Below, piece after piece: positions 45,860 through 53,799 of a stretch of DNA of 64,000 nt (positions are counted from its first letter, which is position 1; each line of letters opens with the position of its first letter). The notes under the pieces were generated by a model. That model saw only the letters and a list, made by a program, of their open reading frames with translations. It was not told where the DNA came from and ran no database searches. Position numbers and translations under genes: made by a program. This DNA is from Candidatus Thorarchaeota archaeon. Its GTDB lineage: Archaea > Asgardarchaeota > Thorarchaeia > Thorarchaeales > Thorarchaeaceae. Location of the stretch: the NCBI GenBank assembly GCA_029858305.1, contig JAOUFI010000001.1, forward strand, positions 39-64,038, read 5' to 3'.

Positions 45860-47413
45860 CTATGCTTTCATCCTTCTGCGAACAAATATTGAAACCACAC
45901 CAATGAATGTGCATAAGCCTACAACAGTTACAATAGCTATAACAGCTGTGTCATCATTGAGTGCTTTGGCAAGCGCAGCAGCAGCTGCATCCCAAGAATC
46001 TGCGATTGCAGTGAGATGAAGTCGAATCTCTGCTAGATCCTCATCAAATTCAGACACTGCAGATGACAAATCTCCATCAAGTACATGTTCATACTGATCT
46101 GCAATGCTGTTGAGAGTTTCAGATGTTATTGTAGCTCCTCCAGTATAGAATAAATTGTTGATACTCGAGTTATCGGTAAGAGCGGCAAAGTGCTCAAAGG
46201 CTTTTTCTCCTTCTGAAACAAATTGATCTAGATCTAGTTCAGGTAGCACATTTGGTAAGGCGCTGATTGCCATACGATATGATTCATACTGCAGTGTCAT
46301 ATACGCTTCAAGTTCAAGACCGATACTTTCTAGGATTCTGGCTTTTATTTGAAGTTCATATTCATCAAACTCATCCAAGTATGATGAGAGCCCAACTTCT
46401 GTCAATTCTGAGGCCAGAGCTCTGAATGCGTTTGACCCAAAATTCCAGAAGAAAATCTCTTCAGAAGCAGGGGCATAGGAAGTTCTATCACCACGTAACC
46501 TATCCAGAATGTAATTTCCGAGGATACTCGTGAAGTCATTGTTAATCCCAGAACCGGGTTTGATGACAACAGAGGCATAGGATTTTCTCCACGCTTGATT
46601 CAATGATGTGAAATTAATTTCATAGAACCAGCTTTCATCATCAGGAGTTGCAACGCAGTTTTCAAGCACGCCAATTGCAGGATCCATGACATAGGCAACG
46701 CCTGCAGTTTCATTGTAACCATTTATCAGAATTGAGTGAGAGGGATTACTGTCACTCAAACCTAAGTCTCTGATGAAATCGTAATCTGGATGTGGAAGAT
46801 GGTATAGATCAACATAGACCTCTACTGGATTCCCGTCATCAATACTACTCTTCAGAACCTGAAATGCATCATCCCATCCATCAAGCTCAGTCCAATTTAC
46901 ATTGTTTGCTTGGAGTACCAATTCAAAGAGAGCTGCAAATTCTGAGCAGTCGGTATCAACATAGAACTCAACATCAAGCCCGTAGAGCTCTGCTATGTTA
47001 GCGTATGTAACTTGCTGTCTATAAATGGGTCCGGACACAAAAATCCAGTTGTCTTCATATCGCACGTAGCCAGCAGAGAATCCAATCCCAGATACTGCAC
47101 ACATGCCGGCTAGGTCCAAGGAAATGCCAACACTTTGTAATGCCATAGCTTGAGTTGCCCAGTGACATAACCCATTCATTTGCTGCGAAACATATGATAT
47201 TCCGGCCACATTTCCAGAATCGGCTAAACTCAGAGTATTAAACGATTCATCGTGGTTTGATAAATAGCCTTCACTATAATGTAGAGTATTCTGAGACCCT
47301 ACTAATAGCAACACTAGGATTATTGCACATATTTTAAGAAAGAAAAAAGATCGAGGCTTGGTGGTAGCCACCAAGACATCGATCGTTGCGCAATAAAGGA
47401 GGTTTATCCGCAA
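45860..47413 (-). CDS. surface-exposed C39-like (papain-fold) cysteine peptidase domain protein with C-terminal TM anchor
   Basis: TTG start with GAGGTG SD. N-terminal hydrophobic segment. QQMNGLCHWATQAMAL (Gln-x5-Cys) and SHSILINGYNE..AYVMDP (His..Asp-Pro) as in Peptidase_C39-like/BtrH-like domains. Helical C-terminal half. Final helix AVIAIVTVVGLCTFIGVVSIF followed by RRRMKA. Confidence 0.55.
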   Translation of the reverse strand: MRINLLYCATIDVLVATTKPRSFFFLKICAIILVLLLVGSQNTLHYSEGYLSNHDESFNTLSLADSGNVAGISYVSQQMNGLCHWATQAMALQSVGISLDLAGMCAVSGIGFSAGYVRYEDNWIFVSGPIYRQQVTYANIAELYGLDVEFYVDTDCSEFAALFELVLQANNVNWTELDGWDDAFQVLKSSIDDGNPVEVYVDLYHLPHPDYDFIRDLGLSDSNPSHSILINGYNETAGVAYVMDPAIGVLENCVATPDDESWFYEINFTSLNQAWRKSYASVVIKPGSGINNDFTSILGNYILDRLRGDRTSYAPASEEIFFWNFGSNAFRALASELTEVGLSSYLDEFDEYELQIKARILESIGLELEAYMTLQYESYRMAISALPNVLPELDLDQFVSEGEKAFEHFAALTDNSSINNLFYTGGATITSETLNSIADQYEHVLDGDLSSAVSEFDEDLAEIRLHLTAIADSWDAAAAALAKALNDDTAVIAIVTVVGLCTFIGVVSIFVRRRMKA

Positions 47414-47428
47414 TTATTACACCTCAGT

Positions 47429-49114
47429 CTAATTATCAGGACTAGAGAGCTTGCGAATCCCTTTCCAGACAAGAATTCCTCCTATCGTCCACTGAACCAG
47501 TACACCAATGAATGACATCCCAATCATCATATTTCCAGGACCAAAGAAATCTTCTACGATTCCAAAGACATTGATGTTAAGAGCGAGCGATGCAAGCAAA
47601 TCAACAAAGATAACCCCGATGATGGAGAATTCCGCAATCATAACTGACGCCATAACATTTGTCTGATGTGCGGGTGATTTTGTATCCTCATAATTGGGAT
47701 TTCCAGCTGTTATGCCAGTTGAAACCAACATGCCTCCAAATATTGCCATATATCCTATACCAACTATCGCCAAGAGTTCTGTGGCAGTCATCCTGATTAA
47801 GAACGACATTACGAGTGAAGGTATCGCGATCAGAGCAATGCAAATCACTGCCTGAGTTACAATTCGACTCTTCACAAATTTGGATGCGCCTGAAGGAGCA
47901 CCTTGGATGATCCAGAGTTGATCTTTGCTCTCGAGGAATCCAGCACCTGCAAAAGGCATTGCACCTACAAGTGCCATCATTGCAATTATAGTGAGGAACA
48001 TATCACTCAGTTGGTAATCACCAATATCCATGGACGTTATGATTACTGGCATTATTATAGCTAAGACTACTCCATAGAAGATCTTGGAGAGGTTCTGTGC
48101 CTTTCGCATGAAGTCCTTGAAGTTTGTCACCATGAGTGATCCAAAGGGACCTGAATTTAGTCTTCGCACACCGCGTAGAATGAAATTCTCCTTGCCAACG
48201 GTAGTGACAACCTCTGTACGAACACCGGCCTCGATTGTAAAGACTCTATCAGTCATTCCCAAGGCCAATCCAATAGTTACCAATACAAAACCACCCATGA
48301 GAACAGTGCTGGTTAGCATATCTAACTGTAAGATACTTCCAAATCCTATGATTTGAGATCCTGTTAGTCCTACACCATTGAATGCCACTGCAAACCAACT
48401 CATGGTATCTGCAAACCATGTTGAGGGCAGAATCAGGAATGCATTCATACCCATCATCTCAGACATCGTAGGTAGAAAGAACATCAAACCGTACATCGGG
48501 ATGATGACTACTATTGCAACAACCATTGCAAGAGCTTTTGCTATGTCATTTCCTCGGGATGATTCGCCTAGTCTAGCTTGAATAACACTAGTTATGAAAT
48601 TAGAGAGCCAGATTGTACCCAAAGACATTAGCGTGATTACTCCATAGATCAGAATCTGACCTATCAGGTTTACTTCAAACGCCAGAACCAAGGGCGTAAT
48701 CAGAAGAGGCGCAAGGAATATCACAATCAATCCGAAAAGGGGTATCTTACCGAAGAAGGTTCCAGCCAGAATGCTTCTTGTTCGAACGTTGTTTGACAGG
48801 AAAATTTCCCATTGACCTACTTTGATTTCTTGGAGAGCGTAAGATAGAGGGAATAATAGAAGCACAATCCAAAGGAATAATGCTACTGTACGCATGAGAC
48901 CAGGAAATACCATCTGAAGCAGGGGTTGAAGTGTTGCCATAGGAATTATCGCACTAATTACACCTCCAATCAATATAGGAGCTCCAATGACTGCCCAGAT
49001 GAAGGCTAGAGATGTGAGAATTCCTAGGTATGCTCGCCTATGCGGCCTCATACTTGCAGAAAGAACCAAGTACTCGGCTTTTGCAATTGCAAGCCATTGT
49101 CGTACCACTTGCAT
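47429..49114 (-). CDS. ABC transporter permease (large, about 12+ TM)
   Basis: Polytopic throughout. The ATG at 49114 overlaps the ATPase stop in GGAGGTAATG, so it is preferred to the track start at 49123. Confidence 0.7.
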   Translation of the reverse strand: MQVVRQWLAIAKAEYLVLSASMRPHRRAYLGILTSLAFIWAVIGAPILIGGVISAIIPMATLQPLLQMVFPGLMRTVALFLWIVLLLFPLSYALQEIKVGQWEIFLSNNVRTRSILAGTFFGKIPLFGLIVIFLAPLLITPLVLAFEVNLIGQILIYGVITLMSLGTIWLSNFITSVIQARLGESSRGNDIAKALAMVVAIVVIIPMYGLMFFLPTMSEMMGMNAFLILPSTWFADTMSWFAVAFNGVGLTGSQIIGFGSILQLDMLTSTVLMGGFVLVTIGLALGMTDRVFTIEAGVRTEVVTTVGKENFILRGVRRLNSGPFGSLMVTNFKDFMRKAQNLSKIFYGVVLAIIMPVIITSMDIGDYQLSDMFLTIIAMMALVGAMPFAGAGFLESKDQLWIIQGAPSGASKFVKSRIVTQAVICIALIAIPSLVMSFLIRMTATELLAIVGIGYMAIFGGMLVSTGITAGNPNYEDTKSPAHQTNVMASVMIAEFSIIGVIFVDLLASLALNINVFGIVEDFFGPGNMMIGMSFIGVLVQWTIGGILVWKGIRKLSSPDN

Positions 49115-49902
49115 TACCTCCATGCAAGAAGGGCCTTTCTGTCCACCTGACCACCGACTACTTTCAAGTAGGCATCTTCAAGATCATCTACTTTCATCGA
49201 GTCAATGATATCATTTGGTGCGCCATGAACTACAAGTTCTCCAGCATTGAGAATACCAATGACATCGCAGACATCTTCAGCAAACGAGGTCTGGTGTGTG
49301 CAGATGAAGAAACTAGTTTCCGTTTCCTCTGCCAAAGCAAGAATCAGATCCTTGACAAGTACGCTCGCTGATGGATCAAGTCGTGAAGTAGGTTCGTCAA
49401 GGAATACTAGCTTGGGTTCATGTAGAAGTGTTGATGCAACCAGTACTTTCTGCTTCATTCCGGAAGAGTATGACTCCAGAAGATCGTCTTGTCGTCCTTC
49501 AAGTCCAAGCATTCCCAATAGACTGTCAATGCGTCTGTTTAGTACCTCGCCACTCTTTCCATTCAGTGCTCCTATGAACTCCAGAAATTCCACTGCTGAT
49601 AGCTTGGAGTACAATCCAGGAGACTCAGGAAGTAGACCGGTTGCAGCCTTGATTGCATCTCGTTGAGTGCTCACATCAAAACCGCACACCGCAGCGTTGC
49701 CGCTCGTCTGTTTCAAGAGCCCAGACAGTATTCTCACAGTTGTGGTCTTGCCTGCCCCATTGGGGCCAAGAAAACCAAACCTGCTACCAGAGGAAACCTC
49801 CAGGTTCAGATTTCTGACAGCCTGAACAGAGCCGAAGTTCTTGTTCAGGTCTTCAGTCCGAATTACCGTTCCATTTCGTGCCATTATTGTTAACCACCGC
49901 AA
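49114..49902 (-). CDS. ABC transporter ATP-binding protein (ABC-2/DrrA-like)
   Basis: Walker A GPNGAGKTT, signature YSSGMKQK, Walker B LVFLDEPTS, H-loop CTH. Confidence 0.9.
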   Translation of the reverse strand: MRWLTIMARNGTVIRTEDLNKNFGSVQAVRNLNLEVSSGSRFGFLGPNGAGKTTTVRILSGLLKQTSGNAAVCGFDVSTQRDAIKAATGLLPESPGLYSKLSAVEFLEFIGALNGKSGEVLNRRIDSLLGMLGLEGRQDDLLESYSSGMKQKVLVASTLLHEPKLVFLDEPTSRLDPSASVLVKDLILALAEETETSFFICTHQTSFAEDVCDVIGILNAGELVVHGAPNDIIDSMKVDDLEDAYLKVVGGQVDRKALLAWR

Positions 49903-49932
49903 AGCTGTAAAAGTTTACAGCGCGATGGTAAA

Positions 49933-49956
49933 GATTTATATTCGTTTGCATATAAA
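49933..49956. promoter_or_regulatory. palindromic pair of TATA-like boxes in a divergent 123-nt spacer
   Basis: ATTTATAT-tcgtttgc-ATATAAAT between the ABC operon (-) and the 50026 operon (+). Confidence 0.3.
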
Positions 49957-50025
49957 TGTTTACCACAACGCAGTAAAGTTTGACCAGAAAAGGTTAAAAC
50001 GTAGCGTGACACGAGGAAGTGTGCA

Positions 50026-50682
50026 ATGGGATTACTCTCGACTCATGAAGCAGTGGTCTGGTGGGAATACCATCACGGGAAACCCACTTCAGATATCTTC
50101 AGTGAGTATGAGAAGCCCAAGGATATTCCTGAGTATATTTTCAACATCCTTGCTAGTGAGATTGATGGCAAGATCAACGACAAGAAGAAAGCAATGAAGG
50201 AGAAAGAAAAAGTACGCAGGATGCAATTCACAAGCGCAGCATATGTTTCTAGGGTTCTGAGTAGAGCAAAGTCAAAGATTGAGGATACTCTCAAGCAACA
50301 TGCCAACAGTCATCGATTGGATACTGAAAATGTTGACGGAGAGAAGGGTTTTCTCACAGGCTTTGATTATCAAGCCAACACGAACGTATACATTGTCTTT
50401 ACGCTCGGACTTGGTGTAATCATCTGGTATGAACACACCAACTATGGTGGAAAACTATGTGATGGAACACCATTTGAGTCCCAAAAAACAAGTGATGGAA
50501 AACAGTGTCCAAAACTTGAGGAGTGTAGAGAGACCCTCAACACCATTCTCAAAGAATACAATCTGACCTTGAACCCTAAGGAAGAAGAGATGTATATGAC
50601 TCAGCAGTCTATACGCATCTTTGGCAAGCTTGGTGCAAAACAACTTCCTCGCTATCAGAGAGAAACACAAGAAGGTGAATAA
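50026..50682 (+). CDS. hypothetical soluble protein, possible DNA-binding lead gene of the bPH2 operon
   Basis: 218 aa. Lys/Glu-rich helix followed by FTSAAYVSRVLSRAKSKIEDTL (HTH-like, weak) and a Cys triad CDG..CPKLEEC. Its stop overlaps the next gene's GTG (GTGAATAA). Confidence 0.5.
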   Translation: MGLLSTHEAVVWWEYHHGKPTSDIFSEYEKPKDIPEYIFNILASEIDGKINDKKKAMKEKEKVRRMQFTSAAYVSRVLSRAKSKIEDTLKQHANSHRLDTENVDGEKGFLTGFDYQANTNVYIVFTLGLGVIIWYEHTNYGGKLCDGTPFESQKTSDGKQCPKLEECRETLNTILKEYNLTLNPKEEEMYMTQQSIRIFGKLGAKQLPRYQRETQEGE

Positions 50683-51409
50683 AACGAACGAGGAAGTAGC
50701 AGCTGGGTATTTTCCAGCAATTGAGAGTATAACTAGTGGAAAGACGTTCAGGCCATCAAAGGCCTTGCGGAGCAAGTACTGGTTCACTGCCATAATGGTT
50801 GCCATAGTAACCTGGTTTATGGTCATTGGACTTGTCTACGGTGTATCATTCCTGATATCATTGGATGAGGGTTGGAATCATGCATTCTTCATCAGCCAGT
50901 GGTTGGGTGTTGTGAACTATTGGACAATTGTAGGTGAACTAGTCTGGTTGATTCCTGCATTAATTGGCATTCCAGTCTATGTCAACTCCATCGAGTACTC
51001 GGTGATTTCCGAAACTGGAGAGGCATCTCCGGAGATCTATGTTCGCAAGGGAATCATCAACATTACCAAGAAACATGTACCATTCAGAACAATTACGAAC
51101 ATCTCATCGAGAGCTGGTGTGATTGACAGGCTTTTTGGCATCGGAAATGTAGAGATTCAGACAGCCGGATACTCAGGAGGCCCGAGTGGTCAATCAGGTC
51201 CAGAAGAGAAACTTGAGGGAATCAAGTCCTACGAGGCATTGACACGATTTGTTCTAGGTGAGCTCAGGAAATTCAGAGATCCCTATACAACAGGCACGGA
51301 AGTCATCTTTCCACGGGATGAAGCAGTCCAAAGAATTGAAGGTTCTTTGGACGACGAAATTCTGCTGGCAATTCGAGATATTCGAGAGATTCTTAGGAGC
51401 AAACTGTAA
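50675..51409 (+). CDS. bPH2 (YdbS/YdbT-like, PF03703-type) membrane protein, paralog 1
   Basis: N-terminal SGKTFRPSKA, TM hairpin(s), then IEYSVISETGE..PEIYVRKGIINITKKHVPFRTITNISSRAGVIDRLFGIGNVEIQTAGYSGG. GTG start at 50675 is inferred from alignment with paralogs 2-4. Confidence 0.7.
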   Translation: MNKTNEEVAAGYFPAIESITSGKTFRPSKALRSKYWFTAIMVAIVTWFMVIGLVYGVSFLISLDEGWNHAFFISQWLGVVNYWTIVGELVWLIPALIGIPVYVNSIEYSVISETGEASPEIYVRKGIINITKKHVPFRTITNISSRAGVIDRLFGIGNVEIQTAGYSGGPSGQSGPEEKLEGIKSYEALTRFVLGELRKFRDPYTTGTEVIFPRDEAVQRIEGSLDDEILLAIRDIREILRSKL

Positions 51410-51424
51410 CATAAGAGTAGGAAA

Positions 51425-52186
51425 GTGAATAAAATGGGAAGCGAAGAAGGGCGGGTCATAAGACCACCAATGGAAGATGTGACTAGGGGTAAAGTCTTTA
51501 CACCGGATACGAGATTCTATTACAAAGAATGGTTCAATGCAACATTTGCTGCAATTTTCTTGTGGATGATGGCAATTGGAGTACTCATCTTGGGTGCATG
51601 GATCTATATGATGGATAATGATGAGTCATGGGCAACCTTCTTCGCAATTTTCTTTGATGTACTCCCTATTCTCAGCTTCTGGTATGCAATTTCATTGGTA
51701 TTCTGGTGGCTTCCCATCATGGTAGGTATTCCTTTGTACATCAGAAGTATCGAGTATAGCGTCATCTCGAAGTCCGGATTAGTAATGCCGGAAATATACG
51801 TCAAAAAAGGATTGATCAATGTCACCAGAAAGCATGTTCCATTCAGGACTATAACTAACATCTCTTCGAGAGCTGGTCCTGTGGACAGACTATTTGGTAT
51901 AGGGACTGTTGAGATTCAGACAGCCGGATACTCCGGAGGCGCAGGTGGCCAAACGGGGCCTGAAGAAAAATTAGAGGGGATAACCTTCTATGAGGAGGTC
52001 AGAGACTTCATTCTGCAGGAACTGAGAAGATTCAGAGACCCCTATGTCACAGGGACAGAGGTAGTTCTACCCAGAGATGAGCCAATCCCTAGATTGCATG
52101 ACAGTCTAGACGATGAGATGCTCATGACACTTCGTGAGATTAGAAACGTGTTAGAACGAATCGAAAAGAAATTGGAGGAGAGTTAA
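51425..52186 (+). CDS. bPH2 membrane protein, paralog 2
   Basis: Same architecture and core motif (IEYSVISKSG..KKGLINVTRKHVPFRTITNISSRAGPVDRLFGIGTVEIQTAGYSGG). Confidence 0.7.
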   Translation: MNKMGSEEGRVIRPPMEDVTRGKVFTPDTRFYYKEWFNATFAAIFLWMMAIGVLILGAWIYMMDNDESWATFFAIFFDVLPILSFWYAISLVFWWLPIMVGIPLYIRSIEYSVISKSGLVMPEIYVKKGLINVTRKHVPFRTITNISSRAGPVDRLFGIGTVEIQTAGYSGGAGGQTGPEEKLEGITFYEEVRDFILQELRRFRDPYVTGTEVVLPRDEPIPRLHDSLDDEMLMTLREIRNVLERIEKKLEES

Positions 52187-52188
52187 AG

Positions 52189-52911
52189 ATGGCAGGAGAA
52201 GGAAAAGTAATCAAACCACCAGTTGAAAATGTAGCAAGTGGAAAGGTATTCAGACCTTCCAAAGCCTTTCGAAATAAGATGTGGTTTATTGGAGTTTTCA
52301 CTGCAGTGGTACTCTGGATAATCATTTTCGGCTCATTCGCCCTTACACTCTGGCTTGTAGATTGGATTACAGGGTCTAGTACAAGCGTTTCATCATTCTT
52401 TCAGTACTGGTGGTTGACTCTGAATATCTGGTACTGGGTCATTACAGCAATCTGGTTGATACCAGGAGTCATAATTGTCCCATACTATCTGAGATCCATA
52501 GAGTACTCGGTGATAGCGCAGTCTGGAGAAACAATGCCGGAAATCTTTGTGAAGAAAGGAATAATTAACATAACGCGAAAACATGTCCCATTTCGTACTA
52601 TAACGAACATTTCCAGCAGAGCGGGACTTTTCGACAGACTGTTTGGAATCGGATCTATTGAGGTTGAAACAGCTGGGTACTCTGGTGCGACCACATCAGC
52701 GGAGGAGAAGCTCGAGGGGATAACATTCTATGAAGAACTTAGAGACTTCATTCTGAGAGAGTTGAGGAAGTTCAAAGATCCTTATGTTACCGGAACGGAG
52801 GTTGTACTCCCGGAAGAAGACCAGATTGTAAGAATCGACGACAATCTTGAGGATGAGATCCTATCGGTTCTACGAGAGATACGTGACTTACTAAGAAGAC
52901 AGAAAGAGTGA
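52189..52911 (+). CDS. bPH2 membrane protein, paralog 3
   Basis: Same architecture and core motif. GGAGGAG SD lies inside the end of paralog 2. Confidence 0.7.
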   Translation: MAGEGKVIKPPVENVASGKVFRPSKAFRNKMWFIGVFTAVVLWIIIFGSFALTLWLVDWITGSSTSVSSFFQYWWLTLNIWYWVITAIWLIPGVIIVPYYLRSIEYSVIAQSGETMPEIFVKKGIINITRKHVPFRTITNISSRAGLFDRLFGIGSIEVETAGYSGATTSAEEKLEGITFYEELRDFILRELRKFKDPYVTGTEVVLPEEDQIVRIDDNLEDEILSVLREIRDLLRRQKE

Positions 52912-52923
52912 GGTTGGTATCTA

Positions 52924-53682
52924 ATGACCCATGATGAGGAGCGAGTGATAAGACCTCCAATAGACCAGATATCGAGCGGTAGAGTGTTCCAACCAACTAA
53001 TGCGTTCCTCTACAAGAAAATGCTCAAGGTCGGAACAGTCCTTGTCCTCATATGGTTTGCATTACGAGTTTTGTTTATCGGATTCACTAATCCCACCTTT
53101 CTAGAAATTATCCTGGCTTTGTCACAACCACTAGAGATTCTAGTCATGATTGGATGGGAAACAACCAACATAGTCTATGTTTCAGTTGCGCTCGCCTTCT
53201 TTATTGTGGGTTCGATATACTCATTCATCTACGTGAGGAGAATTGAGTATTCAGTTTTAGGATGGGAAGGAGATGCAATGCCAGAGATTTACACTCGAAA
53301 GGGGATTATCAATATCACAAAGAAGCATGTCCCATTCAGGACTATCGTGAACGTGCGAACGCGCAAAGGGATCTTTGATAGACTGTTTGGCATCGGAACA
53401 GTCTTGATTGAGACCGCAGGAGGCTCAACAGGTGTCCAGCCAACTGGACTTATTTCAGTCATAATTCAAAGATTGAGATCGGAAGCTGAAGAGAAGATTG
53501 AGGGCATAAAATTCCACGAGGAACTACGAGACTTCATACTCCGAGAGATGCGATTTTTTGGTAGGAGTGCTCCGATATCTACGACTGCAAGACATTTGAG
53601 GAACAGAAGACGAGTTTTAACCAGGAATACCTTGGATGCTTTTATAGAGATTCGAGATGTTCTGAGAGAAAGCGAGAGATAA
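52924..53682 (+). CDS. bPH2 membrane protein, paralog 4 (divergent)
   Basis: The core is retained (IEYSVLGWEG..RKGIINITKKHVPFRTIVNVRTRKGIFDRLFGIGTVLIETAG). The GYSGG loop and the acidic C-terminal tail are replaced by a longer loop and a basic tail. Confidence 0.65.
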   Translation: MTHDEERVIRPPIDQISSGRVFQPTNAFLYKKMLKVGTVLVLIWFALRVLFIGFTNPTFLEIILALSQPLEILVMIGWETTNIVYVSVALAFFIVGSIYSFIYVRRIEYSVLGWEGDAMPEIYTRKGIINITKKHVPFRTIVNVRTRKGIFDRLFGIGTVLIETAGGSTGVQPTGLISVIIQRLRSEAEEKIEGIKFHEELRDFILREMRFFGRSAPISTTARHLRNRRRVLTRNTLDAFIEIRDVLRESER

Positions 53683-53700
53683 AACAGGAGGTGACTGTAA

Positions 53701-53793
53701 ATGGACTGGAGAATTATAGCGGCTTTGATATTATTGATACTGGGTTCTATTGCGTTTATGGTACTTTACCTGATTTCATCTGGTTTCTTTTAG
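53701..53793 (+). CDS. unannotated 30-aa transmembrane micropeptide
   Basis: Hand-translated: MDWRIIAALILLILGSIAFMVLYLISSGFF. GGAGGTG SD lies 7 nt upstream. It starts 18 nt after paralog 4. Confidence 0.35.
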   Translation: MDWRIIAALILLILGSIAFMVLYLISSGFF

Positions 53794-53799
53794 GAGAAT

